From: Podarcis melisellensis
Lineage: Eukaryota
Reading direction: 5' to 3' (one strand)
NCBI GenBank assembly: GCA_964234715.1
Contig: OZ174276.1
DNA: 64,000 bases
A program made the translations under genes and the position numbers. A model generated the notes under the pieces. It was not told the origin of the DNA. It searched no databases and was given only the letters and a program-made list of their open reading frames with translations. Positions 25,259 through 39,514 of this stretch are shown here, in pieces (within the stretch, counting starts at the first letter, position 1; each line of letters starts with the position of its first letter).

Positions 25259-26499
25259 TAATCTTGGTCCCTTGGCATGACGAAGATCTTATTTTCACTG
25301 AGGCTTTCTCAGCATAGTATTATTATTATGATTATAAATTTGTCCCAAAGAAGTCTGTGTTCACACATAAAATGGGGTTGCTTTCCCTTTCTTAATTCAG
25401 CAGCAGCACTTCACATGGCATCCAAGGCTGCTTCTGATGTTCACCAACATTTGGAGTAGGGATGTATTGGGGTAGTTTCTAGAAGAAGGCGGTCACATCG
25501 GAAATCGAAATCCTTTGAAAAGAATCAATCAACCTTCAAACAACCAGTGAACTGCATGACCAGACCTCTCAAACAAGCATCCATTGGTGAGCATGTCCTC
25601 TGTTATGGGTCAATCCTCCCAATGACTTATTGGAAATGTTGTATGTATCTGTCGTCCTCCAGCCACATCTAACCCCCTTCTTTGTATATAGGCTTCAGGA
25701 AAATGGTGGTGGTTGATATTCAAGGTGTGCTCTGTCATGGCTGCAGTCCGAAACTGCAATTCCAAAGATGAAATACATTAAGGGGTGCCCATACGGCACC
25801 AACAACAATATGAGCCTCTGAAAAAATAGATGGTTTTGGTCTCATCATTCCAGGGGAGAGTTTGTTACCTATGAAGCCAATTTCATATCACACCAAGGGG
25901 AGTTTTCTCATCACTAGTTTCTTCTCCCATCTGTCAGGGGCAAGGGAAAAAATGTGATATAGAATTGAATTTTTAAAAATCAAGGAATGTCATACTTAAA
26001 AGGAACACACACAAAATGCATATTCCACACATTTGAGGTTGCTGCTTAACTTTTTTATGCTTCAGATAAACTAAAATGATTTGCCTTTTCATCATTATTC
26101 TTCATTACTAGCTGGCCTCAAATTTTTATCCGTGAAGGAGGACTGGCTGTTCTCCCTCCAATCATATATTTAAGCCAAGTTTGAAACATCTGGTCATTAT
26201 TACAAGGTTTCTTGAATCTACTAGCTAGAGGTTCAGCTCACAGGATTAAACAATAGTCTAGGGATAATATACTGCTACCCTGATTGCATTCAGAGCACAA
26301 GAAGCAGCCTCAAATGCTAATGTTTTTATTTAACCAATGGTTGTCTTTTTATTATTTTATTTTATTTTAATCTCCAGTGTGACATTCCAAATTTCCCAAC
26401 TTTTCATAATTTTATCAAAATCACCAGGGCAACATACAGACCTTTATCTACCTTTTCAAACAAAACAGTGAAGTGAAAAGGTGTGGGCAAAAAAAAAAC

Positions 26500-27608
26500 C
26501 CTATTGTTGAAGCCCATGGTCATCAGCTTTTTGGATCCCTCAGGACTCTGTCTTCTCCCCAGTAGCTTTTAATACTGACATGGAGAGAGCATCCGGATTA
26601 GGAGTTGGGTGCCATCAATATGCTGGTGGCACCCAGCTCTCTCTCTCATTTCAGCTGATCACAAGGAGGCTGTGGAGATCTTGAACCATCTTCTGGAGCT
26701 GTGATGGGCTAGATGTGAGCCAACAAGCTAGCACTTGACTGATACAAGATAGAAGTCCTGTCGGTCATAAAAATGGATTGAAAGTACATGTTATTCTGGG
26801 CGGGACTGCACAGCCTCTGAAAAACTAGGCTGTTGGTGTGTGGGAGCTCCAGGTTCCAGGACTGGTCTTTGATGGCCAGGTGACCATTGTGCCTAGGAGT
26901 GCCTTTGACCAGTTTCAATTGGTGTGGCAGCTACACTCCATTCTAAAGAAAGCAGATCTGCCCACAATTACAGATTCATTCACGCACTCTATATTAGACT
27001 GTTGCATAGCCTCATGTGTGAAAATTCCCTTGAAATGTGTCTGAAAGCTGCAGCTGGTAAAAAAAAAGGGCTGTGACCAGAATGATGTTTGGTGCTTATT
27101 TTTCAGACCATATGTCACCAGTCACATGAGAATTGCACTTACTTCCAGTTTGTTTTCAGGCCATCTCAAAGTGCTAGTTATTACCTAGAAAGATATAGAG
27201 AAGGCTGGTGAGCAGGACTATTTGAAAAACCACCTCTTCCCACATGAATCTACCTGTCGGTTGTGTTCATCTCCAAAGCCCTGCTCTGCATTCCATCACC
27301 AGCTAGGAATGTGACTAAGACACATGTCTGAAAGCGGAGTGGGGTTGGGGGGAGGCAAAGGACCAGACCTTTTGTGACTGAGGAACTCGCTTTCAAGGGA
27401 GGTTAGACTGGCCCTTTTTCTGTTGTCCTTTATACAAGGGGTTGAAATGTTTTCTCTTCCTCCAGACTTTTACCGAGCTATGCTTTTGCTCACCTGCTTA
27501 TTTTTTGCTTTGACTGCTTTTTTAAAAAAAATGTTGATATTTCATTGTTGTAAAGTGCCTTTTTAAAGAACCAAAGGATGGTATAAAAATGTTTTGCTAA
27601 CAAATAAA
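26500..27608 (+). mobile_element. Degenerate L2 LINE (RT core to 3' end)
   Basis: Decayed PQGSVLSP (CCCTCAGGACTCTGTCTTCTCCCC), QYADDTQL-like (CAATATGCTGGTGGCACCCAGCTC), LDYC, KLQLV and LHWLP-like segments, and an L2-type 3' tail. Confidence 0.8.
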
Positions 27609-27627
27609 TGTATGATAGAGGGAAACA

Positions 27628-27740
27628 GCATAAGAAATAAGAAAAGCCTTGTTGGATCAGGCCCAAAGTCCAGTCAGCATCCTGTTCTGACTGAAGACAA
27701 CCAGATGCCCATGGGAAGCCCAGAAACAGGAATGGAAGGA
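27628..27740 (-). mobile_element. CR1 3' UTR fragment
   Basis: CATAAGAAATAAGAAAAGCC..TGGATCAGGCC..CAGCATCCTGTTC; the same end occurs at 43094 and 61981. Confidence 0.72.
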
Positions 27741-29059
27741 TCTGTCACGTTTCGTCTTCACAGCTTCTCAGTCTTAAATTCATTTATCCACATTTCTGCA
27801 GCAATTTACAACTTAAGAAGCAAAACTCATAAGAATTATTCAACATTTAAGTGCAACTTTCTCTTAAGAATCCATCCCCAAGCCTTGATAGCAATGCCAT
27901 CAACACCAGTCAATTTTGATCACAAGTGAATTTGAAGGGGAGGCTGGGAGCTTCCTTACACCATTGCATTCTCTTGTGAGTGCATTTACCAACCCAGGAG
28001 GGAGGAATCTTGTGGAGACTGAGAAAGACACAGAAAGAGAAGCTAAGTTTCACAAGGTGTCTGGCGCTTTGTAACCCCAGTAGTAAGCCAGAAGGGGAAT
28101 ATAAGAAGGAAGCAGCTAAGGGACAGTGGGGGGAGATTATACCCTCAATCTGTAGAATCAAGCCATAGCCACACCATACATTTAAAGGATATGGGTTCAC
28201 CCAAAGAATCCTGAAAACTGTAGTTTACCCCTCACAGAATTATAATTCCCAGCACCCTTAACAAACTACAGTTCTCGAGATCCCTTGCATTCTCTAAATG
28301 GAGCCTCTCTTTTCATCCGCTTCTCTCTGAAGCCTACACTGCCTACACTGACAGTTTATTCAAATTCTACTTAAGATAAGACGATTTACTTTATGTTCAA
28401 CACTTACATTAGTTAGCTGCTGTTTTACTTATTGCCTAAGTTCTGCTTTTCTGAATTTAAGATCCCAATTACACTCTCACAAGGTCTCACAGTGATTTGG
28501 ATATATCCATTTTAAAATTCAGTACAAAATGGTTGACTGACTCAACGGTCCTCAAGACCACCTTTCTCACAGGTTATTGTAAATTTCCAGTATCTTAAAG
28601 TAAAAAGGGGAACAGCACATTAAAGATGCTTCCTTGCAAAGTTCCAGTGGTGTGACCAGACTAAGAGATTACGTATTAGATGCTGAGTAGTAGACATAAA
28701 AGCAGTTAAGCAGGCAGCTCCTCCTCAGAGGAAGTGGGAAAGGGGGCCATTGAAATTCAACCTGAATGATCTTTCATACAGGCAATTAAAGAATGCAAAT
28801 TTTTCACATTTATTGTCCCCTTGAATAAGCTGCATGCCAACACTATTATTCTCCAATAAAAGCTGGATAAATCTTGTTAATTAAATCATTTAATTTTGGC
28901 TACTGCTAAATTAGAAGATATAGTAAGGCTTTTGGGGGAGTGAGGTGGAAAGAGTAAGATGTTTTCTTTAGAGAACACCAGCTTGCAGCAGCCTTCAGCA
29001 AGGCGAGTTGATTGGATCTGCATTTAGCCCAGAGTCCAAAGACACATTAGCAGAGATGT

Positions 29060-29790
29060 ATTTATTTTATTTATTTAAAATATTTTATCCCACCACCACC
29101 ACCATCACAATGTGATCTTGGGGCAGTATATAGAAAAAGAAAGCTAAACCAGACTGTATAATCAACAAAAACACAATTACAGGTAGGAAGGTGAAATCCA
29201 CAAATAATCAATTTGCAGCAGTAATGGTTAAAAATGTGGCCAAGGTATTTAAACCCCCTTAAAAGCCCAATGGACTAGGAGCGTTTTCATCTGGCACCAA
29301 AACCTCATCAGAGCCAACACAAGTGGTACAGCAGGAGGGGCATTCTAAAAGTGGGATGCCATCTCTCCCTGATTGTCACATAACAGAACAACCAACTGAT
29401 CATAATACACAGGCAGGCTGGTATGGAAGGAAGGACTCTTTCAGATGCCTAGGTCCCAAGTTGTTCAGGGATTTTTAAGCAGCAAATTGGCTTGGCAGCA
29501 AACTGGCAGGCAGTGCAATTGTCTCAGGATTGGTGCAATAGGATCCATAGCAGCTGAACCAGTCAAGAACCTAGTTGCTGCATTTTGCAATAGCTAAAGC
29601 TTCTGAACCATCTCCAAGGGCAACCCCACATAAAGGACATGACCTAAATAATTCAATCAAATAAATAATCCATAAAGTAATCCAGTGTGGATAACAATTG
29701 TTAGCCTACCCTCTCCTGAAATATCCGTAGCTAAGGAACCAACCAATTTTTTGAAAAGGCAGTCCACACCACAGAGGCTGAAAAGCTGGT
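29060..29790 (-). mobile_element. Degenerate L2 LINE 3' portion
   Basis: Antisense L2 motifs (GCTGCATTTTGCAATAGCT, AACTGGCAGGCAGTGCA, GGTCCCAAGTTGTTCAGGG) and a TTTA-rich tail. Confidence 0.72.
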
Positions 29791-29824
29791 GTCAATATAA
29801 AAAATGGCCTAGGATTAAAGAGAA

Positions 29825-29965
29825 AGAGAGAATTGTAGAATTGGAAGGGGCCCTTGAGAGTCATCCAGTCCAAGCCCCTGAAATGCAGGAATCCTGCCAC
29901 AGCCATCTCTGGGTGGGCTTGAATCACCAGCCAGCCAGATGCACTGACCATTTGTGCCACAGCAT
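29825..29965 (-). mobile_element. Short SINE-like element with CR1-type tail and decayed tRNA-like head
   Basis: GAATTGTAGAATTGGAAGGGGCCCTTGAGAGTCATCCAGTCCAA (antisense CR1 tail) joined to GGGCTTGAA...GCACTGACCATTTGTGCCAC. Confidence 0.55.
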
Positions 29966-31996
29966 TTGAAGAGAAAGGACAGAACTTAAAGAGTTAGCTC
30001 ATTTAAAACTGCAGTAGTGAGATGGTGAACAAGGTGGCTGCTGCTGGACTACGCATAACACACTGGTGGAAAGGAGAAACAGGTATTCATAGATATTTAT
30101 TTAATTTGTGGTGCTTAGAAATCTGGTTCTAAATAAGCTTGCTAGGGAGCAAGAAGTCAGTGGGACATATATTGCTGAGGAAACATGCAAAATAATGCCC
30201 TGTTGAGAACCCCATCACGGAAGCCTAAGGACTGCTGCACCAGTCCCTATGAATGAAATTCCACCAGTGCTGGAGTGCTCTACACCCTCTGTGGGCTCTT
30301 GGCTTGTTCCTTTCTTAGTCTGGTCAACAAGCAAGGGTTTATAGAGTCAGCTGCATCACCCTTGTGATTTCAGTACAGGCAAGAGAGCTTCCAGTTGCTT
30401 GACTCAGGCTGCCTCCCTGGTTGTTTTGTATGCTAAAATTAGGGGCTAATGTCTGGCTGAGCTGTATAAATGGATCATTTTGTGACATTAATGTGTGAAA
30501 TATGCTAATATTAGCCTAAGAGAATGCCACTTTGCTCCCGTTAAACATTACTCTTTTATCATCCATTTTGATCTGCTGTTGGAATGACCTGTTTCATTCT
30601 TTTCCGAGATGGGCTGCTTTTTTAAGACACAAGGCTCCCCATAAATCACCACCACAATTTTCAGACCCGTTGCTACAAAGCTGATGCAATGCGGCCATCG
30701 TTCTGTTTTGTTTTTCCTCTCAGTTATTCATCCATCTCCTCTGTATTTTTATTACGCACAGGCCAGCGTACAAATACACGCCATGGACAAGCCCTGCCAA
30801 AATACCTACAGAGTGAGACATTCAGTCTTCCATGTGCCAAAAGAAAGTGTTTGGCTGAAGCGGAGTTCCTGTAAATATTCCCACTAGCCTGAATGAGCCA
30901 ATTCATCTGAACCGAGGAACTAGCCAAGGTGTAAGGAGGTTTTCATACAATTTGATCTAGATGTACTGCACCTCCCAAATTTAAACACCATTTGGCCTTT
31001 CTTAGGGGCAAAGAGCGGTGTTAAAGTCAGACCTCCTGTAGGACAGTAGGAACTGCTGGAGTAGCAACTACTCAATTAGATCAGCTTCAATTCACACTTG
31101 AAAAATTTCCCCAAATAAACAGAAAATCTGCTGTACTGTATCAAAGAATAAAGAACGTTTCTTCATTTTAGTAAGGATTGTACATGAGAACTGTCAGCGT
31201 TGCTATGTCAGCTTTGTGCATTGACAGTGTAATTGGCTGTTTCTCTCTCTAGTCCATACCCAGTTGTTTTGTTTTTGTTTGATTTGTTAAAGATGTATCT
31301 GTAGAATGGTTGTTTTCTGACTGAGTAATTGCAGCCAGCCCCCACAAATGTGGGATTAAGAAGGCAGGTGTCTAATTCACATGAATTCTGGATTCTCTCC
31401 CGCCCTCCCCCATATCACACTTTGGAATCCTACTTTGATTGATTATTTGATATAAAGGAAGCTTATATGCCCTTCAAAAATACTTATAAGGTGGTTTACC
31501 AAACACAGGATCTTCCACAGAGTAATTTCTCTCAGCACAAGGACATACATTTCTGATAAGCATAAAGAAGGACCATGGCTCTGGACTTGGCTATTCTACC
31601 CTTCAGTGCTGGCTCCAGCTTTTGGAGGACCCTTGAGAAGGCCCCTCCATGGACTTCCCTCCCTCGAGGAGTCTGCCTCCTTAGAGCCAATGTAAAGCTT
31701 TTGGTCTTCCTCTTACTCAGCATTGCTACCAACTTGGCAGAGAGCCAATGAACAAGGAAGCAGTAGCATCTATTGCTGCTCCTTCTTACCACAGCTGCTG
31801 TCTTGGTCGGGTGCATAACAGATGGGTGCATAAAAAGGCAACAATGGTGAATAGGAGGAGCAAGTCAGGATGTGGGTGCTGTCCATGGTACCCTGTTAGG
31901 GTGTGGACCTTTAACAGGTGCCTGACCATGCTGACCCTTGACGCAAACCCTTCCACCATTGATCAAAGCATCAACCTTAAGGAACTTCTGATAAGT

Positions 31997-32196
31997 CAGA
32001 GCTTTCCAAACTGCCGCAACACGTTAGTGTGTCAGCTGCAGTGTGTAGGTGTTGTGTGAACGCTCCCCACACTCCTCCCAGGGCTGGAAGGGGGTTGGTT
32101 TAACCTCCGGTTTGCTAGTAAAACTGAATTACCGAGTCGTGAAATGATGCTTGTCTAAAAAGAGTGTCACCAACATGAAAAGTTTGGAAAGCTCTG
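31997..32196. mobile_element. hAT MITE (TIR CAGAGCTTTCCAAACT)
   Basis: Perfect 16-bp TIR, degenerate 8-bp TSD TGATAAGT / TGATGAGA, homologous to 13551-13753. Confidence 0.85.
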
Positions 32197-32360
32197 TGAT
32201 GAGACATCTGAAATTCAACAGAATGCCGTGCTGTTGCAATCTGATTAAGTGGACCTGTGCTCCAAGTCACTGACAGAAATGCACAGAAATATTTCCAGTA
32301 AGGCCACAACTTACATGAGGGTTGCATTCTGGGGATTGTGCCTAAAGCCAAAATCGTGTA

Positions 32361-32602
32361 CAGTGGTACCTCGGGTTACATACGCTTCAGGTTACATATG
32401 CTTCAGGTTACAGACTCCGCTAACCCAGGAATATTACCTCGGATTAAGAACTTTGCTTCAGGATGAGAACAAAAATCGTGCTCCGGCGGCGCGGTGGCAG
32501 CAGGAGGCCCCATTAGCTAAAGTGGTGCTTCAAGTTAAGAACAGTTTCAGGTTAAGAACGGACATCAGGAACGAATTAAGTACTTAATCCGAGGCACCAC
32601 TG
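32361..32602. mobile_element. Tigger-like MITE, family A (opposite orientation)
   Basis: TIRs, TA TSD, and interior that is the reverse complement of 371-612. Confidence 0.92.
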
Positions 32603-34127
32603 TATAGTCAAAAAACATTGGTTGGGGTGGCAGGTGGGATTTCCAAAGTCTTTTTTCCCAGATGCCCACCCCCTTTCTACACCCTTCTTTATTTTTTATT
32701 TTTTAATTGCGAAGCATGTAAAGCAGAATGTGCACAAGTTAAATGTGTGTAAGTTGCAGGCTTACTGTAGTCAAGTCAACAGCAAAACAAAACAGAGTGT
32801 AGTCGGTTCTCTATTTCTCTGGAATCATGGTCTCTCAGTGAGATTGACTAAAGTAAGCATTGATAATTCAGTTGGAGAGAAAGCTGCTAAACACTATCTT
32901 GTTCTTTAACGTGTTGTGATGGTTCTGCTAGCTCAGAGCCGTCCCGTCCCCCCATTACTATATGGTTTGTTATGAAACATGACACTGATTCAAGCCACCA
33001 GCTAGCCATAACTGTTGCTAGAGCATCACTAGAGATGGACTATTTAGCAATTCATACTACTGAGATTTCAGCTGGCTGATTGATATTAAAACAGAAAGTC
33101 AATGAAATGCAAATCCTGCTTGCCACAGGTAAAAGAAAGTACTAAGGATTTGTTTTGTTATTTTTGTAATAGCAAAAACAAAGCAACGCTATCAGTACCA
33201 TTACTGTGAGAAGAGGAGGGCATGAGATCCAGTAATATTAACATGGCATGGGTCATTAGTTGAATCCCACCCTTCCCATTCTAAGTTGTTACTTGCACAG
33301 AACAAAGTCCGCCTATGCAAGGGAGATCCCCCACTCTCCTCCCTTCTGTGATGTCTGTGCCCCATAAATCTGCTCTGGTGGGCTGAAGGAACACCAAAAA
33401 CAGGTTTAGGGTGGGCATGGGAGGAAAGTCTCATTGTACAAGCAGACCTCTTTCCATGCATGCATATCCCACTTAGCATTATGTTGAGTTTCACTTGAAG
33501 TATCATGCAGGGGTAGGGAAGCTGTGCTGGACCACAAGTTAACATCCCTGCCCATTGACCCTGCTGCACACCAGCAGGAAGCAAGCCCTTCTTGAGATGT
33601 GAATGCTCTGAACTCTCTCCACAGTAGACTCAGGTGTACAGGTGTGTAAATAAAACCAAATATATTAAAGACACTACCATCCCCGCGTGCCTCATTTTCC
33701 CAAAGGAAACACAAGACTCACACTGCTCAGCAGAGACTGGAGTGGCTCGTAACAGTGTTGTGGAACACTAGGAAAGCAAGTATCTAACCCAAGTATCTTT
33801 AATAAAGAACTGGAAAAGGAACCAGGAAATTGTAAACAAGTAAGGTTTATCTGTTGGTGGGCCCAAAAGTATACAGCCTTAATAAGAGATGAGGTCACAC
33901 AACCTCCTAGTGAGCCTGAAATGATTTTTAAAATGCAAGTTTCTCCCCCAAAAAAGGTGTTAAAACCTGATAAATCTGTGTAGATTTCTAACAGGTGGAA
34001 AAAGGAGAGGTGAAGCCTGAGAAAATAGCCTGATTCTTGTTTTTAAGATAAACAAGAATCTAAAGGCATTGTACTCAATGGGCAGTCTTGCAGAATTCTG
34101 TTAAAATATACTAAGTTTGTGCTAGTA

Positions 34128-34353
34128 CAGTGGTACCTCAGGTTACATATGCTTCAGGTTACAGACTCCGCTAACCCAGGAATATTACCTCAGGTTAAGA
34201 ACTTTGCTTCAGGATGAGAACAGAAACCGTGCTCCGGCGGCGCGGCAGCAGCAGGAGGCCCCATTAGCTAAAGTGGTGCTTCAGGTTAAGAACAGTTTCA
34301 GGTTAAGTACAGACCTCCGGAACAAATTAAGTACTTAACCCGAGGTACCACTG
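34128..34353. mobile_element. Tigger-like MITE, family A (opposite orientation)
   Basis: TIRs and TA TSD. Confidence 0.92.
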
Positions 34354-34932
34354 TACTACTTTTGAAACCCACATTTTAAAGAGGGCGAGTTCTGGTGTTA
34401 TGACATCCCAAGCATCACACACACTGCTCAACTACCTTCAAGATTGCATTGATGTATCCCTGCTGCTGGGGGATGTGCCCTAACAAAGAAGGAGGGAGAG
34501 AGAAATGTGCTTTCAGTTATGGGTTGTGGTAGTCAGGCTGAAGTTCTATTTTTCTTATTATTTTATTTTTACCTGTGAAATGCCAGGTGCTGCCGGACTA
34601 CAACTCCCATCACCCCTGACCATTGGCCATGCTGGCTAGGGCTGATGGGAACTGGAGACAAACTACAATTGGAGGACCACAGGATTGCCACTTTTGTTGT
34701 ATAGGCTGCCACTGAGGTTTTCTTCTGTGTGCATTTAATCTGATTGTAAAAATAGACGGTTTTATTGTCATCTGAACTGCATGTTTATTTCATTGCACAC
34801 TTTTCTAATGAAAACACTTTTTTTTTGTTTTACCCAAAGTTGTTGAGTCTGGGTGTTGTTGTTTTGCAAAATCTCAAAAAATGAAGATTTTGAGCTATTT
34901 TTAAGGGAAATCACCCAAAAATGACACTGCCA

Positions 34933-35041
34933 TTGCCATATGTTTGGATTTTCCCGGACGTTTCAGCAATTTCCACCCAGACACAGCTTCCAACGGCTGG
35001 TTGCCGGATATGTCCGGGAAATTTAGATGTATGGCAACCCT
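34933..35041. mobile_element. Palindromic hAT (Blackjack-like) MITE remnant
   Basis: Inverted arms TTGCCATATGTTTGGATTTTCCCGGAC and GTCCGGGAAATTTAGATGTATGGCAACCCT. Confidence 0.65.
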
Positions 35042-37934
35042 TTGCAGTTTGGGGAGAAAGCTGAGAAAAATCTAGAATAAAAATAAGTAAATTTTAAAAA
35101 CTCTTACTGGTAGGGGCTTCATGTTCTGGTGATCTGGGAGAAGGCGGCTCATACAAACAGTTTTTGCAATATTTATTTCTTATCTTTGAGGCGAACTTGA
35201 AAAGTTTACTAGACCATTCAAAACATTTTAGCCATTCACACCCTCTAAAATGCCATCTCATGAAATTAATGTACTAATCAATGTTTGCCTTTAAGGCTGA
35301 ATCAGAGTGAGGCAGCAAAATGTCTTATTTTACAGAGGCAGCTTCTTTCTGTAATTGGCTGTGTGAATTTTTATTGGGTTGTGAAAGTAAGGACTGGTGG
35401 AGAAAGGGACAACAGACTGGATAATCTGCCAGGTCCAGTGTAGAAGGAGAGGGCAAGATTTTACCCAGTGTAAAAATAACAATAAACAGATGTTAAGGGC
35501 CCCTCCAGTGGTGCTTTCTGCAACATGTCAAAGATGCAATAATAGTGCACTTGTGGTGAGTTAACGCTGGATTGGTGGTATATCATTCTGCATTATTAGT
35601 TGCTCTGCCATGTTTATAGAATGATACCATATTATTTGCCTCTGGAGAGGCAGATTTACATAACGGTGCCATGAAGTTGGACCAAAGAAAAATCTGTGGT
35701 ATGAGAAGTTGCACGATTTTAGCAAGAAGCTATGGGAGATGCACTCTTTGGAAATAAACCCCAAAACTGTTGCAAACATGGGAGGATCTGCAGCCCACAT
35801 CACCACCACAGGTGGTGGTGTGGTATCATGTCCTTCACATTTAATTTTTAAAAAATAGAGACATAGCTATTAGCCGCGAAATGGGACACCCTATATTCAC
35901 TAGCAACATCTCCATTGAGTCCTGAGAGATAATAGGAGAGGGCTGATGTGGACTTCCAGAGGCCTAAGGTTGGCCTCCCATGGATGGAAACAAAATGGAC
36001 TTTTACTGGGAATCCCACAGAACAGTTCTTCCTTTCATTAATGCAGCCTAATGCTAATACTCACCTCAAAGACTCTGCTTCAGTGAATTCTGAGGTAGGT
36101 TTTGATTCTGAGATGTGTTTGGCCATGAACACACATCCCCTGTGCTGTCATGTGTCCTCCTCTTCTTTTCCTTCCTCTCCTCCTCCTCATTGTTTTTCCT
36201 TTCCTGCAACCACTGTCTGTCATGTAGTTGTGAGCCACCATCTTCTGTGGGCTGGAAAGAGAGAGAGAAACCTACAATATTTTATCCATAGATAAAAATA
36301 CAGACATTCTTATCTGATTTTAGAAAATGCACACACTAAAAACAAAATGCATGGTGTATGGACAATTGTTCAACTAGACATTTAATTAAATCATAAGTGT
36401 TGAGAAAGGGAAACATTTTATATCTAAAAAAACCAAAAACCATTTCTGTGTTTGACCAGCTGTACCTCCAGCTTTGCTAGTAACTCAGTTTCACACCAAT
36501 TTCTCCCACTGTTTCTTATGGGCGACCTCTGGCTGAAGTGCACTGAATGCAGCAAATGATTCATGTCCCCTGACACATTTTCTTATTCTTCCCATTGCTC
36601 AGCCTTTATCACTTTTCTGTTCTGGAGAAGCAATTTCCACCAATATTATTTGGCTTTTTATCTTTTTGCCATCTGCTACTTGTCCACATGCAACTTACGC
36701 CAAGAAAAAAAGGAAGAAGTGAATCATTATCAGACTTTAAAAAAAAGTTTTTTAAAAAGTGTTGGCATTCTGAAAAGCTGCTTTCCCTTGCCAGATCTTG
36801 ACACTGTAGTTGGTTGCCTAACTGAAAATGTTTCCTCTTCTGTACAGGGATGACAAAGCAAGGTTCACAAAGGTTGTCTCCTATGGCATCTCTCCACTTG
36901 CCAAACAGGCAAATAAACTTTTACCGGGGTGAGGAGGCTCCTCTGTCCCTTCTGCACCTAGTCTTTACATACTGAAGTTATGAAATGCAGCATTTTGTGT
37001 GTGTACTGTTTTCTAATCAACCCCAAGCAAATGAAAGCTTGCTTCCATCTATCTGTAAAGTGTACTTATCAAGGCAAACACATTTAGTCACGGCGTGTCA
37101 ATAATGGCCGAATAACAAAATGGTTCAAGTAGCAAAAGCAGAAATAAAATAAAATAAAATAAAGCAGTGCAGTAACCAGCTGACCCTTTAAGGTTGTCAA
37201 TAAATTATACTAAAATAAGTATTTTTGGCCTCCTAAAACAGATTCTCAATTCTGGAACTATTGTGATAACTTGATGGTTTGACACTTATTTTGCCTGTAA
37301 CAACTGTGTCTAATAGTTCCTAGGAAAGCTTTTGAAAAAGAATTGAGAGGCACTAATTTACAAATAACCCAGTCATTATCACTGATGTAAGTAAAGAAAG
37401 TTATAAGTTGCCTGCTATGCCTTTTAAGTTTCTCAAGTGGTGACCCTGTATACTACAGGAGACATGGAGGGAGCATTGCTTTGCGATCTTGACTTAATGC
37501 AGGTGACCCTGGTGATGCTCCCTTTGCTGTTCACTGATTTTCTTTGAGTGCGCTCTTAACAAATATTCCTGAGACCTCAGAATCAGTGGATGATGCTGAA
37601 TGCTACTTCTGTTACTGTCTTTGACAGGTTTTGGGCTATTGGTGCCACTGCTGCTAATGCTACAGCCACCACACAGCTGATCAGCAGTCAGAGAATGACA
37701 ATGTCCTAGCCAGCAATGCCATCACCAGACTCCTGGTGAGAATCCTGGCTCTCAAAGTTGTGGATCTGTATGATATGCATGCAGCACTCCTGATTTTGTC
37801 ATATTCAAACTTTATATTTTTATGTGTGTACATAGAGTGGTATGCACCCCAAAAAAGCTTGTGAAGCAGCCCACAGAGGAAACATAACCTAGAAAGGAAG
37901 TGCACAAAGTCATAGCCTGTTTTACCAACCAAAG

Positions 37935-38192
37935 CATGGCTAGGCGAACTAAGGCCTGGGGGCCGGATCCGGCCCAATCGCCTTCTCAATCCGGCCCACG
38001 GACGGTCCAGGAATCAGTGCGTTTTTACATGAGTAGAATGTGTGCTTTTGTTTAAAATGCATCTTTGGGTTATTTGTGGGGCATAGGAATTCATTCATTC
38101 CCCCCCCCCGCCCAAAAAAATATAGTCCGGCCCTCCACAAGGTCTGAGGTACAGTGGACCGGCCCCCTGCTGAAAAAGTTTGCTGACCCCTG
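37935..38192. mobile_element. hAT-Charlie non-autonomous element (OC1/MER30-like)
   Basis: Right end AAAAGTTTGCTGACCCCTG, GGCCGGATCCGGCCC subterminal motifs, 8-bp TSD AACCAAAG / ATCCAAAG. Confidence 0.82.
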
Positions 38193-39514
38193 ATCCAAAG
38201 GATTGCTCTCTATGTACTTCTGAAGGAGCTATTTAAAAAAGAAGCACTAACAGCATCATATCCACAGTTTGATATATTTCTGAGCATCTCAGTTCTGTAA
38301 TTCTACTCACAATTGCACATGATGTTAAGCCTCACTATACAGAGCATCCTAAAAAATATTGACATGGCTTAACTATGATTAGCAGGGCAATTCTACGCAT
38401 GTCAACACAGAAGGTCAATGGGACCTACTCCCCAGTAAAAGATTACAGCCGAATTTATAGTGGGAATGGGAAACCTGTGGCTATCTACATATTTGTTATC
38501 CTACAGTTGCCATCATCCCTGACCACTGGCCATGCTGGCTGAAACTGGTGAGTTCAACAACATCTGGAGGATCACAGCTTCCAACTCACTGATTTATAGG
38601 CAACACAAATCCCCCAGTACTTTATGCAATACATATATTTAGCTATCTCAACGTAAGGGCCTGTGATAAACAGGTGGCTGACCCTGTCTTTATAATCTCT
38701 AGAGTCAACAAATATTAGCTAAGAATATCTGGCTAAGGGCGTACCTCTATATATACATAAACGGCTCTGAAATCATCTTTAGCAAAGCAATATCTTACAA
38801 TTTACAACATGTTGCTGTGTTATGGTCATACTCTATTTTTGCTTCAGGGAAGGGGAGGTGGGGTGGTTTGAGAGCTCTCTGAAATGTGCATGTGGAAACC
38901 TTGCAGCAACTTGTTAGGAGAGAAAGTCACTTGAGAGTTTTGGAGCTGGGGAAGCCAGGCCTGTCCCAACTTGCTTTCCAGCAAAAGACCCTCATCAGCT
39001 CCCAGAGCACACCTCAGTATGAAAGAGAACAAATTTGCTTAAGGCTGACTGAAGGCTGGCTTGGAGTAATGTCTACAGGTATGCAGTCATCAGCCAACAA
39101 ACACAAAGCATCCATCAGCCCCAGGGCTCTCCCATTCTCTCTCCCCCATAAGACACAGTGTTGTGGAAAGTCTCCGCTTCCCTGGAGGAGAGCTTGGTGG
39201 GGGTGGCCCTCCTGCATCTTGTCTAATTGTTTTACAAGTGGTTTCCAACAGATGTAGCTGTGTTTCACAGATGAGTTACTTAGTGCAGTTAGAATGGGGA
39301 AACCCTTACAATCCAATGATAAAGCTACTACAGGGCAAAATGTCATCATGGCATCCCTCAGAAAAGCACACCAAGTTTAAGAAGTGAAAATGACCAAAAG
39401 AACGGAGAAGAATATTCTAGAGAGGTAGTGATGGTGAGCAGTTCTATTATCATGTGCCCCATCCTTAAGTGAGTAAACAGTACAGGAAATCATAACTATG
39501 GATTATTTAATAAA

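Noticed and set aside
32249-32587. 112-aa ORF
   Set aside because: Reads through a non-coding MITE; no transposase motifs.
37629-37735. Plus-strand exon-like segment (TTTGACAG ... CTG/GTGAGA)
   Set aside because: Stop codons in all three frames and no partner exons, so unsupported as coding.
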